Positions 1-9,426 of a stretch of DNA of 32,000 nucleotides are shown in pieces (within the stretch, counting starts at the first letter, position 1; every line of letters begins with the position of its first letter). This DNA is from Methanosphaera stadtmanae DSM 3091. Its GTDB lineage: Archaea > Methanobacteriota > Methanobacteria > Methanobacteriales > Methanobacteriaceae. The stretch spans positions 240,001-272,000 of the forward strand of contig NC_007681.1 of assembly GCF_000012545.1 (NCBI RefSeq), written 5' to 3'. The position numbers and the translations under genes are program-made. Under the pieces are notes generated by a model. That model worked only from the letters and a program-made list of their open reading frames with translations. It was not told the DNA's origin and did no database searches.

Positions 1-1
1 T

Positions 2-358
2 CTTGTAAAAGGAGTACGTAATATCTTTATTCTATGGTTAATTAGTAAAGAAAAAATTCATGGTTATGGAATAATGTCCATATTAAATAAAACCCATTCT
101 GATGTGTCTGGAAAGAAAGCTGTACATAGTAGTACAATCTATCCAATATTACATACTTTAGAAAAAGATGGTTTAATAAAAAGTTCTCAAGAATTAAATG
201 GAAATCATAAAGTTAAAATGTATGAAATTACAAATAAAGGTCTTAAAATGCTAGATTCACTAAAACAATTCATGCATAAAAAACGACCAGAAAATAACAT
301 GCTAATTTCATTCTTTGATGACATGCTTTTTAATGATAACATGTTTATAAAAAAATGA
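2..358 (+). CDS. PadR-family winged-helix transcriptional regulator (5' end runs off the left edge of the window)
   Basis: The frame of the 74..358 ORF stays open back to nt 2. The extra residues LVKGVRNIFILWLISKEKIHGYGI, followed by YPILHTLEKDGLI and KMYEITNKG, match the PadR wHTH pattern. The stop lies 10 nt before the ABC ATPase start. Confidence 0.8.
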   Translation, partial: LVKGVRNIFILWLISKEKIHGYGIMSILNKTHSDVSGKKAVHSSTIYPILHTLEKDGLIKSSQELNGNHKVKMYEITNKGLKMLDSLKQFMHKKRPENNMLISFFDDMLFNDNMFIKK

Positions 359-368
359 GGGTGAATAA

Positions 369-1445
369 ATGAAATATTCTATAGAAACTCATGATTTAGT
401 AAAAATTTATGACAATGGTTTTAAAGCTGTGGATAATTTAAATTTATTCATCGAAGATAAAACTATAGGTGGAATATTAGGACCAAATGGTGCTGGTAAA
501 ACAACAACAATAAAAATGCTAACATGTCTTATTCAAAAAACAAGTGGAGATGCAAAGGTAGCAGGGTTTGATGTTTCAACCAATCCTGATGATGTAAGAA
601 GTAGAATAGGAATGGTACCACAACAAATAAGTTTATATAAAGACTTAACAGTAAGAGAAAATGTTGAATTATGTGCAGATTTTTATAATGTTGACCAAAG
701 AATTAAAGATAAAAAAATTGATGACCTACTTGATCTAGTAAATATAAGCTATGCTCAAGATAAATACGTTAATCAATTATCTGGTGGAATGCAACAAAAA
801 ACATCAGTTGTAGCTAGTTTGATTCATAATCCTGAAATCTTATTTTTAGATGAACCTACAGTAGGATTAGATCCTACAACAAAAAGAGTATTATGGGATT
901 TAATGCTTGAATTAAATGATGAAGGAAAAAGCATAATTCTATGTTCACATGATATGTATGAAGTAGATAAAATATGTGATTCAATAAATATCATAGATTC
1001 AGGTAAAGTAGTAGCAAACAATACACCACAAGGACTTAAAGATCAATTACTAAAAACAAAAGAAGAAACTAATAAAAATATTCGTTCAATGATTTTAAAA
1101 TTAGAAGAAGAAGGAACAAAAGGTAATGAAGAAAAAATAAATCATCTAAGAGCTTCATTAACTGATGAAAATGAAAAAGTTACAGTCATGGTATCTAACA
1201 TTACTGATGAAATGGTTGAAGCAGTAAGAGACTTAGAAGTAGTAACAGATGCAAAACATGTGGGTAATGGTCGTTTGAATATAGACCTAAAACGTTCAGA
1301 AACTTCAGTAAATCATGTAATAACAGCTATTTTAAGTAATGGTGGAAATATAGCTTCAATAAAAACGAATGATCCTACATTAGAAGATGTATTTGTAGCT
1401 ATCACTGCAAAACAAAGAACGGAGATTAAAAATGGCAGAAATTAA
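369..1445 (+). CDS. ABC transporter ATP-binding protein (ABC-2/CcmA-like) with an extended charged C-terminal region
   Basis: Walker A GPNGAGKTT, signature LSGGMQQK and Walker B ILFLDEPTVGLD are present. SD GAGGGTGA lies upstream. The 3' end overlaps the permease start by 14 nt. Confidence 0.9.
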   Translation: MKYSIETHDLVKIYDNGFKAVDNLNLFIEDKTIGGILGPNGAGKTTTIKMLTCLIQKTSGDAKVAGFDVSTNPDDVRSRIGMVPQQISLYKDLTVRENVELCADFYNVDQRIKDKKIDDLLDLVNISYAQDKYVNQLSGGMQQKTSVVASLIHNPEILFLDEPTVGLDPTTKRVLWDLMLELNDEGKSIILCSHDMYEVDKICDSINIIDSGKVVANNTPQGLKDQLLKTKEETNKNIRSMILKLEEEGTKGNEEKINHLRASLTDENEKVTVMVSNITDEMVEAVRDLEVVTDAKHVGNGRLNIDLKRSETSVNHVITAILSNGGNIASIKTNDPTLEDVFVAITAKQRTEIKNGRN

Positions 1446-2559
1446 TAAGATAAAATGGATGATTAAAAAGGATCTCCTAACATTATGGAGACATAAAGTT
1501 CAATTTGCATCTTTAATTCTATTTCCAATTTTAATGATTGCCTTATGTGGATGGGGTATGGGAGGAACAGTAGAAAACACTCCTGTAGTCGTTGTAAAAC
1601 AATCATCTGGTGATGTAACAGATCAAGTAATCAATGCATTAAAAGCAGATGATACATTTGATATAAAGGACATAATGACAAATTCGGATGATGCAAAGGA
1701 AAAAGTAGATAATGGTGAAGTTAAAGCAGCAATCATACTTTCAAGTGACTTTGAAAGTTCAAATTCAAAGAATGCAGTCTTATATATTGACTCATCAGAT
1801 CAACTGACAACACAAACACTAGTTCCAAAAACAGAACAAATATTTGCCTCACTATCAGAAAAAGTAGGAACACAACAAGTAAATGCAAACACCACAACAA
1901 ATCCAATAACACAAACAGCACAAACAATAAAATTACAAGTTAATAAGATATATGGTGATTTAGATTACATAGATTTCCTATTACCTGGAGTACTTGCAAT
2001 GACAATGTTTATGTCATCTATGATGACAATGGGAAACAGTATTGCAGGAGAACGTGAACGTGGAGAATTATCAAGACTATTTATGACACCAACAAATGTA
2101 TCATCAGTACTAACAGGTAAAATAATATCACAAGTAGTAAGAGAACTTATCAGAGCTTTAGTCTTAATAATAGCAGCTATGCTACTATTTAATGTAATGA
2201 TAAAAGGTAATTTATTACTATTGGTACTTGTAATACTAATAGCAGTATTATGTTTTGTAGGTTTTGGAATGATGTTTTCAGCTACTGCAAAAACACAAGA
2301 AGATTATATTCAAATAGTAATGCCAGTTGCAATGCCAATGATGTTTATATGTGGAGTATTTTTCCCTACAGAAACAATGCCATGGATTTTACAAAAAATT
2401 GCACTATTCTTACCTCTAACATATGCAAATGATGCATTCAGGGCTGTAATGTTAAAAGGTGCAGGATTAGGTTCAATAGCATTTGATTTAATAGTATTAT
2501 TAGCATTTGCACTACTATTTTTCATAGTAGGAATTGTAAGATTTAATAGGGATGTTTAA
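1432..2559 (+). CDS. ABC-2 type transporter permease with a large extracytoplasmic loop after TM1
   Basis: TM1 is followed by a loop of about 140 aa and then five or more hydrophobic helices, which is the ABC-2 membrane layout. It is translationally coupled to the upstream ATPase. Confidence 0.8.
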   Translation: MAEINKIKWMIKKDLLTLWRHKVQFASLILFPILMIALCGWGMGGTVENTPVVVVKQSSGDVTDQVINALKADDTFDIKDIMTNSDDAKEKVDNGEVKAAIILSSDFESSNSKNAVLYIDSSDQLTTQTLVPKTEQIFASLSEKVGTQQVNANTTTNPITQTAQTIKLQVNKIYGDLDYIDFLLPGVLAMTMFMSSMMTMGNSIAGERERGELSRLFMTPTNVSSVLTGKIISQVVRELIRALVLIIAAMLLFNVMIKGNLLLLVLVILIAVLCFVGFGMMFSATAKTQEDYIQIVMPVAMPMMFICGVFFPTETMPWILQKIALFLPLTYANDAFRAVMLKGAGLGSIAFDLIVLLAFALLFFIVGIVRFNRDV

Positions 2560-2568
2560 GTAGGAGGT

Positions 2569-3816
2569 ATGAAAATAATGAAAAGCAATATGAAAAAATT
2601 AGGTGTATGTTTTATTATATTATGTGTTCTCATGGGAAGCTTATCTTCTCTAGCTGCAGCAGAATGGCCAATGTTTCAAAACAATCCAAGACACACTGGA
2701 TATGTAAATCAAGATTCTTCCTTTTCTACTCAAACATGGACTGTTAAAGTAGATGGGGCAGTATCAACAACTCCAGTTTTATGTGGAGATCAAATCTATC
2801 TTGGAACTGATAAGGGAACATTATATGCATTAGATGCACAAGATGGAAATGAAACATGGAAATATGAAACAGAAGGAGCTATAACTTCAAGTCCTACAGT
2901 ATCAGGTGATACAGTATATGTAGGATCAGAAGATGGGTACTTATATTCAAATAATGCAAATACAGGAAGTAACAACTGGAAATTTAAATCTGGAGATAGA
3001 ATAAAATCAACTCCTGCAATAGATTCAACAAAAATCTATGTAGGATCAGATGATGGATATGTATATGCATTAAATAGGAATGATGGTTCAGTTGTATGGC
3101 AATACAAAACTGAAGATTCAGTAGAATCATCACCAGTAGTTCATGGAGACACATTATACATAGGTTCTAACGATGATAAAGTATATGCATTAAATATAAA
3201 TGATGGTTCAGTAAAATGGACATACACCACAGGAGATGATGTAAAATCTTCTCCAGCAATAAGTAATGGAAATGTATACATAGCATCTGAAGATAACCAG
3301 GTATATGCATTAAGTGAAGATACAGGATTAGAAGTATGGTCATATAATACAGGTTCTAAAGTAACATCATCACCATCAATAGATGAAAGACACTCCTCTC
3401 TATATATAGGAACAGAACAAGGAGATCTCTACTCTTTAGACTTAAGAGATGGACTTAAAAAATGGGATATTGAAACAGGAAGTGCAATTAATTCAACACC
3501 AACAATATTTGGTAACAACATAGCAGTAGGAACAGCATCAGGAAGTACCAATATATATGATAAATTCACAGGAAATCAAGTATGGAACTTCAATCCAGGA
3601 TATATTCCAAATATATCTGGAAGTATTTCAGCATCAACAGTAGCTAGTGGTTCATCATTATTTGTAGCTTCAGAAGATGGAAATATCTACTCATTAAATA
3701 CAGATCAAAAGGTAGGACCAACAAGTACCTATCTATACTACTATGTAGCAGCAATAATAATACTCATAGGAGTAGGTTGTGGAATTAAGAAATTACATAA
3801 CAAGCCTAGAAAATAG
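2569..3816 (+). CDS. Secreted PQQ-like repeat beta-propeller protein with a C-terminal TM anchor and basic tail
   Basis: An N-terminal signal peptide is present. About eight repeats fit the pattern G.lYal...dG...W.y.t...i.SsP...g..vYvGs.Dg. The C-terminus is YYYVAAIIILIGVGCGIKKLHNKPRK. The SD AGGAGGT abuts ATG 2569, so ATG 2578 (10 nt spacing) may be the real start. Confidence 0.8.
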   Translation: MKIMKSNMKKLGVCFIILCVLMGSLSSLAAAEWPMFQNNPRHTGYVNQDSSFSTQTWTVKVDGAVSTTPVLCGDQIYLGTDKGTLYALDAQDGNETWKYETEGAITSSPTVSGDTVYVGSEDGYLYSNNANTGSNNWKFKSGDRIKSTPAIDSTKIYVGSDDGYVYALNRNDGSVVWQYKTEDSVESSPVVHGDTLYIGSNDDKVYALNINDGSVKWTYTTGDDVKSSPAISNGNVYIASEDNQVYALSEDTGLEVWSYNTGSKVTSSPSIDERHSSLYIGTEQGDLYSLDLRDGLKKWDIETGSAINSTPTIFGNNIAVGTASGSTNIYDKFTGNQVWNFNPGYIPNISGSISASTVASGSSLFVASEDGNIYSLNTDQKVGPTSTYLYYYVAAIIILIGVGCGIKKLHNKPRK

Positions 3817-3844
3817 TTTTATTTTCTTTTTCTTATTTTTTTTT
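3817..3844 (+). terminator. Oligo-T tract after the PQQ gene (archaeal-type terminator candidate)
   Basis: The sequence is ttttattttctttttcttattttttttt, immediately after the stop. This is a convergent gene junction with albA. Confidence 0.4.
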
Positions 3845-4138
3845 AAATAAAATACGTAATTACATCTATTTTTAGAAAAATCTTTTTAATATATTTATTT
3901 TTTTCATAGTTTACAATTATTTTTGTTTTATTTATTGGAGAATAAGTATATATTTTAAAAATTAGTTTTTAGTTCTATAATTTATAAAAAGTAGGTTAAA
4001 ATGTATTTTTTGTATAAAATAAGTTGAAATACTCTATATTTAGTTTTTTTAGAGAAATAAAAAAATTAATTATAATAAAAAAAGTATTATCTTTTAAAAA
4101 AATTTTAAAAAAGAAATATTATAAAAATACTTCTCTAT

Positions 4139-4411
4139 CTATTTGCTTAATCTTATTTCGATTGCTGATACGTTGGAGGAGGTTCCTTCGTTTCCAACAA
4201 TTTCTTCAGTACTTATGTCGATGCTTTTTACATCAACATCAGAAATAAATCTGTTTCTTACTATTTCAGCAACATCTACAGCTCTGCTTATAGCTCGGCC
4301 TCTTGCTTTTAGTATAACTTCTGTTACTCCGCTGTTCATTTGTGTTACTACAGCTAATACATAGTTCATTACTGGTTTGTTTCCAATGTATACAATATTT
4401 TCTTCTGCCAT
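4139..4411 (-). CDS. albA: Alba (Sac10b family) archaeal chromatin / nucleic-acid-binding protein
   Basis: The 90-aa product carries [20 protein letters not shown]...[24 protein letters not shown], a classic Alba sequence. SD GGAGGA lies 6 nt upstream. Confidence 0.92.
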
Positions 4412-4527
4412 TTCAGTTCCTCCGTATAAAGTGACTATAATTATATAGTTATTAATTAATTTATAACTTAATATATTTAATATTAACGTTTTAGACTTAT
4501 TCTTTCTCTATTATCCATAACTCATAC

Positions 4528-6039
4528 TTAATTTCTAAGCATTAATAATTTGTTAGTTGAGCTAAGAATTGCATCAATACTTGCTTTTACAATATCCTCA
4601 TCTGTTGCTCTACCAGTAGCTTTATTTCCATTTTCATCAACAGTTATAACAAATACTTCACCTAATGCATTGGTTCCACCTGTTATAGCTTCAATATGGT
4701 ATTCTTCTAATTCAATATGTACAACTTCATTGATAAGTGATTGTATAGCATTTAATGCTGCATCTACAGGACCAACACCTGTTTCTGCACGATATTTAAT
4801 TTCACCATCTAAATCTAGTTTTACAGTAGCTGTTGGTAGTGTACTGTCTCCTGTCATAACACTTATACCACAGAGTTTTATTCTTTCTTCTGTAGGTTTT
4901 CCTTGTATTGCCTCAGCAATAGATCTAAAATCAAGATCTGTAATAGTTTTACCAGCATCTCCTAATGATTTTATTTTTCTAAATAATGTGTTGAATTGTT
5001 CATCATTTAATTTAATGTTGTATTCATCAAGTTTTGCTCTAACAGCATTAGCTCCTGTTAATTTACCAAGAACAATTCTTCTTTTATGTCCTACTTCTTC
5101 TGGATTTAAAGCTTCATATGTTTCACTATTTGCAAGAATTCCCTGTACATGTATTCCAGCTTCATGAGCAAATGCATTTTCTCCAACTATTGCTTTGTTA
5201 GGTGGCATTTTAACTCCAGTAATTCTTGAAACTGTTTCGGAGGTATTTACAAGTAATTTTGAGTTGATGTTTGTATTTATGTCATAGAATTTATGTAAGG
5301 ACATTACAATTTCTTCAAGTGAAGCATTACCTGCTCTCTCTCCAAGACCATTTATTGTACATTGTGCTTGTTTTGCTCCAGCTTCTATAGCAGCAAGTGT
5401 ATTTGCAACTGCAAGTCCAAAGTCATTGTGACAGTGTACACTAATTGGTACATTAATTTCTTGTCTTAGATTTGTAATTAATTCATTCATTTTTCCAGGT
5501 CTTGTAACACCAACAGTATCTGGTACATTGATTTTATCTACTTTAGCATCTTGTACAGCACCAAATACTTTAAGTAGGTAGTCTAGTTCAGTTCTTGTAG
5601 CATCTTCACATGAAAATTCTGCTATAATTCCATGGTCTTTAATGTATTCAACAGCAGTAACTGCTTTATCAAGAATTTCTTCCTTGGACATTTTTAATTT
5701 ATAATCCCTATGGAGTGGTGATGTTCCTATAAATGTGTGAATATAGTCTGCATCAGCATCTATTGCTTTATCAATATCTTTGGTTAATGCTCTGGCAAGA
5801 CCACTAATTTGAGCATTTAATCCTAATTTACTTGCTTCTTTAAATGTTTTTTGTTCACCAAGTGATGCTGCAGGAAAACCCAATTCGATAACATCTACTC
5901 CAAGTTTATCTAATTTTTCAGCTATTGTTATTTTTTCATCAGTTGTTATCGTAACACCAGGTGTTTGTTCACCGTCTCTTAGAGTGGTGTCATATATCAT
6001 AACATCTGATGGTGGGTTAAAAGTCATTTTATTTTTCAC
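4528..6039 (-). CDS. leuA: 2-isopropylmalate synthase / (R)-citramalate synthase family (LeuA/CimA) with a C-terminal regulatory domain
   Basis: Motifs present are [62 protein letters not shown], and a LeuA-dimer-like C-terminus. Choosing leuA over cimA is a judgement from motif flavour only. Confidence 0.8.
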   Translation of the reverse strand: MKNKMTFNPPSDVMIYDTTLRDGEQTPGVTITTDEKITIAEKLDKLGVDVIELGFPAASLGEQKTFKEASKLGLNAQISGLARALTKDIDKAIDADADYIHTFIGTSPLHRDYKLKMSKEEILDKAVTAVEYIKDHGIIAEFSCEDATRTELDYLLKVFGAVQDAKVDKINVPDTVGVTRPGKMNELITNLRQEINVPISVHCHNDFGLAVANTLAAIEAGAKQAQCTINGLGERAGNASLEEIVMSLHKFYDINTNINSKLLVNTSETVSRITGVKMPPNKAIVGENAFAHEAGIHVQGILANSETYEALNPEEVGHKRRIVLGKLTGANAVRAKLDEYNIKLNDEQFNTLFRKIKSLGDAGKTITDLDFRSIAEAIQGKPTEERIKLCGISVMTGDSTLPTATVKLDLDGEIKYRAETGVGPVDAALNAIQSLINEVVHIELEEYHIEAITGGTNALGEVFVITVDENGNKATGRATDEDIVKASIDAILSSTNKLLMLRN

Positions 6040-6295
6040 TCCTATAATATTATACTTATATATTATTTCTGTTATTTTATATAATATTATCTAATATGCT
6101 TTTTAAAAAAAGTATTAAAAAATTAAATTGATTTTAAATCAATAAAAACCATAATTTATAAGTTAAAATAGGTATCTTCTCTTTAAATCTTTATTTTTAA
6201 TATAATAACTCATATTTTTCTATTAGAAAAATAACTATAAAAATAATTAGATTGTATTATATAACTATTTTATAACAATAAAATGAGGATTATGT

Positions 6296-7573
6296 ATGAG
6301 TGAAACAACAAGTATATTAATTAAAGATACCACTATTTTATCAGATAAAATAAAAAAAGCATCCATATTAATTGTAGATAATACTATTGAAGAGATAAGT
6401 AATGATTTATCAGTGACTGATGCAAGTAAAGTTATTGATGGAACAAATAAGATAACAATGCCTGGCCTTGTTAACACACACTCTCATGTGGCAATGACAC
6501 TGCTTAGAGGAGTAGGTGATGATGAAGAATTACAAACATGGCTTAATGATTATATATGGCCTAAAGAAGCAAAACTGGATGAAAAATTAGTATATGCTGG
6601 TTCAAAGTTGGCAATGGCTGAAATGATAAAAACAGGTACAACAACTTTTAATGATATGTATTTCTATATGGAAGAAACTGCAAAGGCAGTTGAAGAATCA
6701 GGAATAAGGGGAGTTTTAGGTTATGGTATGATTGATCTTTTTGATGATGAAAAAAGAAAACAAGAAATTAAAGCAACAAAAAATCTTATAAAAAACTCAC
6801 ACAATACTGCTAATGGTAGAGTACAAGTAGCAGTAGCACCGCATGCTCCATATACTTGTTCTAAGGAATTATTAAGTGAATCTAAAAAATTAGCTAATAA
6901 ACATAATCTAAAATTACATATACATGTTTCAGAAACACAACAAGAAGTAAATGATTTAGAAAAACAGAGAAATCAAACACCATTTGAATATTTGGATAGT
7001 ATAGATTTGCTTGATGAAAATACTATTGCAGCACATGGAGTATGGACAACAGATAATGAAATGAAACTTCTTAAAGAAAAACAAGTATCCATATCACATA
7101 ATCCATCAAGTAATATGAAATTAGCATCAGGTATTGCACCAGTTAGTAAATATATTAAAAATGATATTAATGTAGCAATAGGTACTGATGGAGTATCTTC
7201 AAATAACAATCTAGACATGTTTAGTGAAATGAAACTAACAGCACTTCTACAGAAAGTAAATACTATGAATGCAAAAACACTACCAGCACAAGCAACATTC
7301 AATATGGCAACAGAGAATGGTGCTAGAGCATTAGGTATAAATACAGGTTCTATAAAAGAAGGTAAACTAGCAGATATTGTACTTGTTAATATGAATGTTC
7401 CACATATGATACCTGTTAGAAATCCATTAAGTAACATAATATACTCAGCATTAGGTAGTGATGTTGATACAGTAATATGTGATGGACAACTACTTCTAGA
7501 AGATAAGAAATTATTAACAATCAATGAAGAAGATGCTATTTATGATGCAAAATTAGCAGCACAACAGCTATAA
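6296..7573 (+). CDS. mtaD: Amidohydrolase-family deaminase of the 5-methylthioadenosine / S-adenosylhomocysteine (5'-deoxyadenosine) deaminase type
   Basis: The metal-binding motif PGLVNTHSHVAMTLLRG is present, followed by LHIHVSET, AAHGVW and GTDG, in a 425-aa product. This matches the MtaD/DadD layout. Confidence 0.8.
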   Translation: MSETTSILIKDTTILSDKIKKASILIVDNTIEEISNDLSVTDASKVIDGTNKITMPGLVNTHSHVAMTLLRGVGDDEELQTWLNDYIWPKEAKLDEKLVYAGSKLAMAEMIKTGTTTFNDMYFYMEETAKAVEESGIRGVLGYGMIDLFDDEKRKQEIKATKNLIKNSHNTANGRVQVAVAPHAPYTCSKELLSESKKLANKHNLKLHIHVSETQQEVNDLEKQRNQTPFEYLDSIDLLDENTIAAHGVWTTDNEMKLLKEKQVSISHNPSSNMKLASGIAPVSKYIKNDINVAIGTDGVSSNNNLDMFSEMKLTALLQKVNTMNAKTLPAQATFNMATENGARALGINTGSIKEGKLADIVLVNMNVPHMIPVRNPLSNIIYSALGSDVDTVICDGQLLLEDKKLLTINEEDAIYDAKLAAQQL

Positions 7574-7598
7574 AAAAAAGTATATGCTGGAAGCATAT
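7572..7598 (-). terminator. Hairpin plus T-run between convergent mtaD and the recombinase gene
   Basis: ATATGCT-GGA-AGCATAT (7582-7598) forms a 7-bp stem. On the minus strand it is followed by T-rich CTTTTTTTT (the A-run at 7572-7580). Confidence 0.4.
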
Positions 7599-8465
7599 CT
7601 ATTTAGCATATTCTCCAATACTTGAGAACTTCTCAATAATATCTTCTTTTTTTAATTCTTTTTGTGGTATGGATGTTATGTATTTATAATCATCATAATT
7701 TTCTGCAAAAAGTAAATCAAGATAATCTATTCCATGCATAATATATGAATTTCTAATATATCTTGTTTTAAGATTTTTAGAATAGAATGTAGTATTGTAT
7801 TTAGCATCCAATTGTTGTGCAAGTATTTTGAAATTTCTTTGTATATGGTATGGCTTTAGTATGGGCTCCACAGGGCTTTCTGATTCAAAGATGTATGTTA
7901 TATGATACTTTGAATACTTTATTAAGTCTTGTGCAAGAGAGGATGGTATTATCATATGTCGTTCTTTAGATTTTCTTCTAACTGTTATTATAACATGGCC
8001 CTCTGATGTTTTATATTTCAATTGTCTTTTTTTAAGTTGTAAAGCTTCAGTTAATCTAATACCTGTATATGCAAGAAGTCTTATAATTAATGAGTCTAGA
8101 GTGTTTGTTGTATCTTCTAGAATAATACTAATTTCTCGAGGTGTAAGATAATTTATGGGTTTTTCTTTTGTTTTTAAAAGCTTTAATTTTCCCACATAGA
8201 TGTCTGTATAATCATTGAAAAATGATTTTACAATTATAAGTTGTTGATTTATGGTTTTTGGATGTATGTATCGTTTTAGAAGAAATGATTTGTATTTATA
8301 TATTGTTGGATATATGTTGTCTTGAGTTATATTTGTATTTTCTGTTTTTTTTATGAATTTAAGAAATAGATTTAGGCAACTTGAATAGGTATTTCTTGTA
8401 TTTTCATTTTTTATTTCATTTACATAGTTTAATATGACATTTTTATTTATAATCATATTCATCAC
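7599..8465 (-). CDS. Tyrosine recombinase / integrase (Xer-like, phage integrase family)
   Basis: The N-terminus is SAM-like (TRNTYSSCLNLFLKF). The box I Arg sits in LLAYTGIRLTEAL, an HxxR motif in KPYHIQRNF, and a later H (IMHG) and Tyr (DDYKYI) follow. The sequence is very divergent and no SD is visible. Confidence 0.7.
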   Translation of the reverse strand: MMNMIINKNVILNYVNEIKNENTRNTYSSCLNLFLKFIKKTENTNITQDNIYPTIYKYKSFLLKRYIHPKTINQQLIIVKSFFNDYTDIYVGKLKLLKTKEKPINYLTPREISIILEDTTNTLDSLIIRLLAYTGIRLTEALQLKKRQLKYKTSEGHVIITVRRKSKERHMIIPSSLAQDLIKYSKYHITYIFESESPVEPILKPYHIQRNFKILAQQLDAKYNTTFYSKNLKTRYIRNSYIMHGIDYLDLLFAENYDDYKYITSIPQKELKKEDIIEKFSSIGEYAK

Positions 8466-8566
8466 ATGGTATGTGTATTTAGTTATATATATATAGAATA
8501 TGTTCTTGATTTAAATATATTTTTTATAAATAAGTTGTAATTATTAAAAGTTATAAAATATATTCT

Positions 8567-8601
8567 AAAAAAAAGTAATAGTTAGATTTAATTAATCTAA
8601 C
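8567..8601 (-). terminator. Hairpin plus T8 at the 3' end of the LCP-like gene
   Basis: GTTAGATT-TAATT-AATCTAAC (8581-8601, 8-bp stem) includes the stop codon. On the minus strand it is followed by T8 (the A8 run at 8567-8574). Confidence 0.45.
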
Positions 8602-9310
8602 CTAAAAGATTATTTAATCCAGAATAGGATATAAATTGTGCAAATTCAGATGCTGGAACAGCTTTTATATTTCCTTGACTATACTGTTCAATTCCTGCTT
8701 GAATAAGAGCTCCTTTATTGTTATTTTTCTTAGCAGAATCAATAATTCCCTGTGCTAAGTTTTCTATAGCATCTCCACGAGTTGCACCATTATTTGATTG
8801 ATCTTCTCTTAAAAAATCAATAGAACTTACATTTTCAACCAACTGACCATTTGAATATACAGGACCTACTGCATTAATCATAGCATCAATTGCTGTTGGT
8901 GTTACTACTAAAACCATATCTGTTTTCATACCTGTATGATATTCAACAATTTCCTGTGCAATCTTTGTCCCGTTTTCTAAGTCACTACTCCATAGTGAGT
9001 CATGTAAATACCATCTTGTAAGGCCTTCTGCTTGCATATCAGGTGTTGGAGTTAATGTTGGATGAGCAAGACCGCCTGGATATACTGGTGTCACATTACC
9101 CAGTTTTCCATTATTAACATTAACAACAAATGCCATATCAACTGAACCTACACCAGGTCTATTTTCAGAAGGATCACTACATAGTATGAGTATGTTATGC
9201 TCTCCTTTAAATGTTTTTTGTCCTTGCTGGTAATTTAGAAATAAATATACTCCAAATATTACAATAATAGCAAGTATGGCCAGTAATATTATTTTCTTTT
9301 TTGAAACCAT
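8597..9310 (-). CDS. Membrane-anchored ectodomain protein, divergent LytR-CpsA-Psr (LCP)-like
   Basis: An N-terminal TM helix is followed by blocks NILILCSDPSENRPGVGSVDMAFVVNV, MKTDMVLVVTPTAIDAMINAVGPVY and FLREDQSNNGATRGDAIENLAQGII. These occur in the same order as LCP domain blocks as I recall them. Several canonical Arg residues are not obviously retained. SD AGGATGA is present. Confidence 0.45.
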   Translation of the reverse strand: MVSKKKIILLAILAIIVIFGVYLFLNYQQGQKTFKGEHNILILCSDPSENRPGVGSVDMAFVVNVNNGKLGNVTPVYPGGLAHPTLTPTPDMQAEGLTRWYLHDSLWSSDLENGTKIAQEIVEYHTGMKTDMVLVVTPTAIDAMINAVGPVYSNGQLVENVSSIDFLREDQSNNGATRGDAIENLAQGIIDSAKKNNNKGALIQAGIEQYSQGNIKAVPASEFAQFISYSGLNNLLG

Positions 9311-9426
9311 ATAATCATCCTATATATTATTATATATACTTCTTTGAATAATATTATTAAAATATATTTACATTCTAATGATATATTAAATTAATTAATA
9401 ATAACATACATAATGTAACACAGAAC

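Noticed and set aside
4550-5167. 205-aa ORF on the plus strand, antisense to leuA
   Set aside because: It lies entirely inside the well-supported minus-strand synthase gene. Its product is Ser/Ile/Leu-rich low-complexity sequence with no SD and no motif, which is a typical shadow ORF.
6973-7524. 183-aa ORF on the minus strand, antisense to mtaD
   Set aside because: It is fully nested in the confidently identified deaminase gene. It has no recognisable motif or ribosome-binding site, so it is a shadow ORF.
7599-8465. Interpreting the recombinase as evidence of an intact integrated virus or plasmid
   Set aside because: There are no flanking att-like direct repeats, no tRNA target, and no replication, capsid or conjugation genes on either side. 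Only the weaker 'old island boundary or Xer-like' reading is kept.
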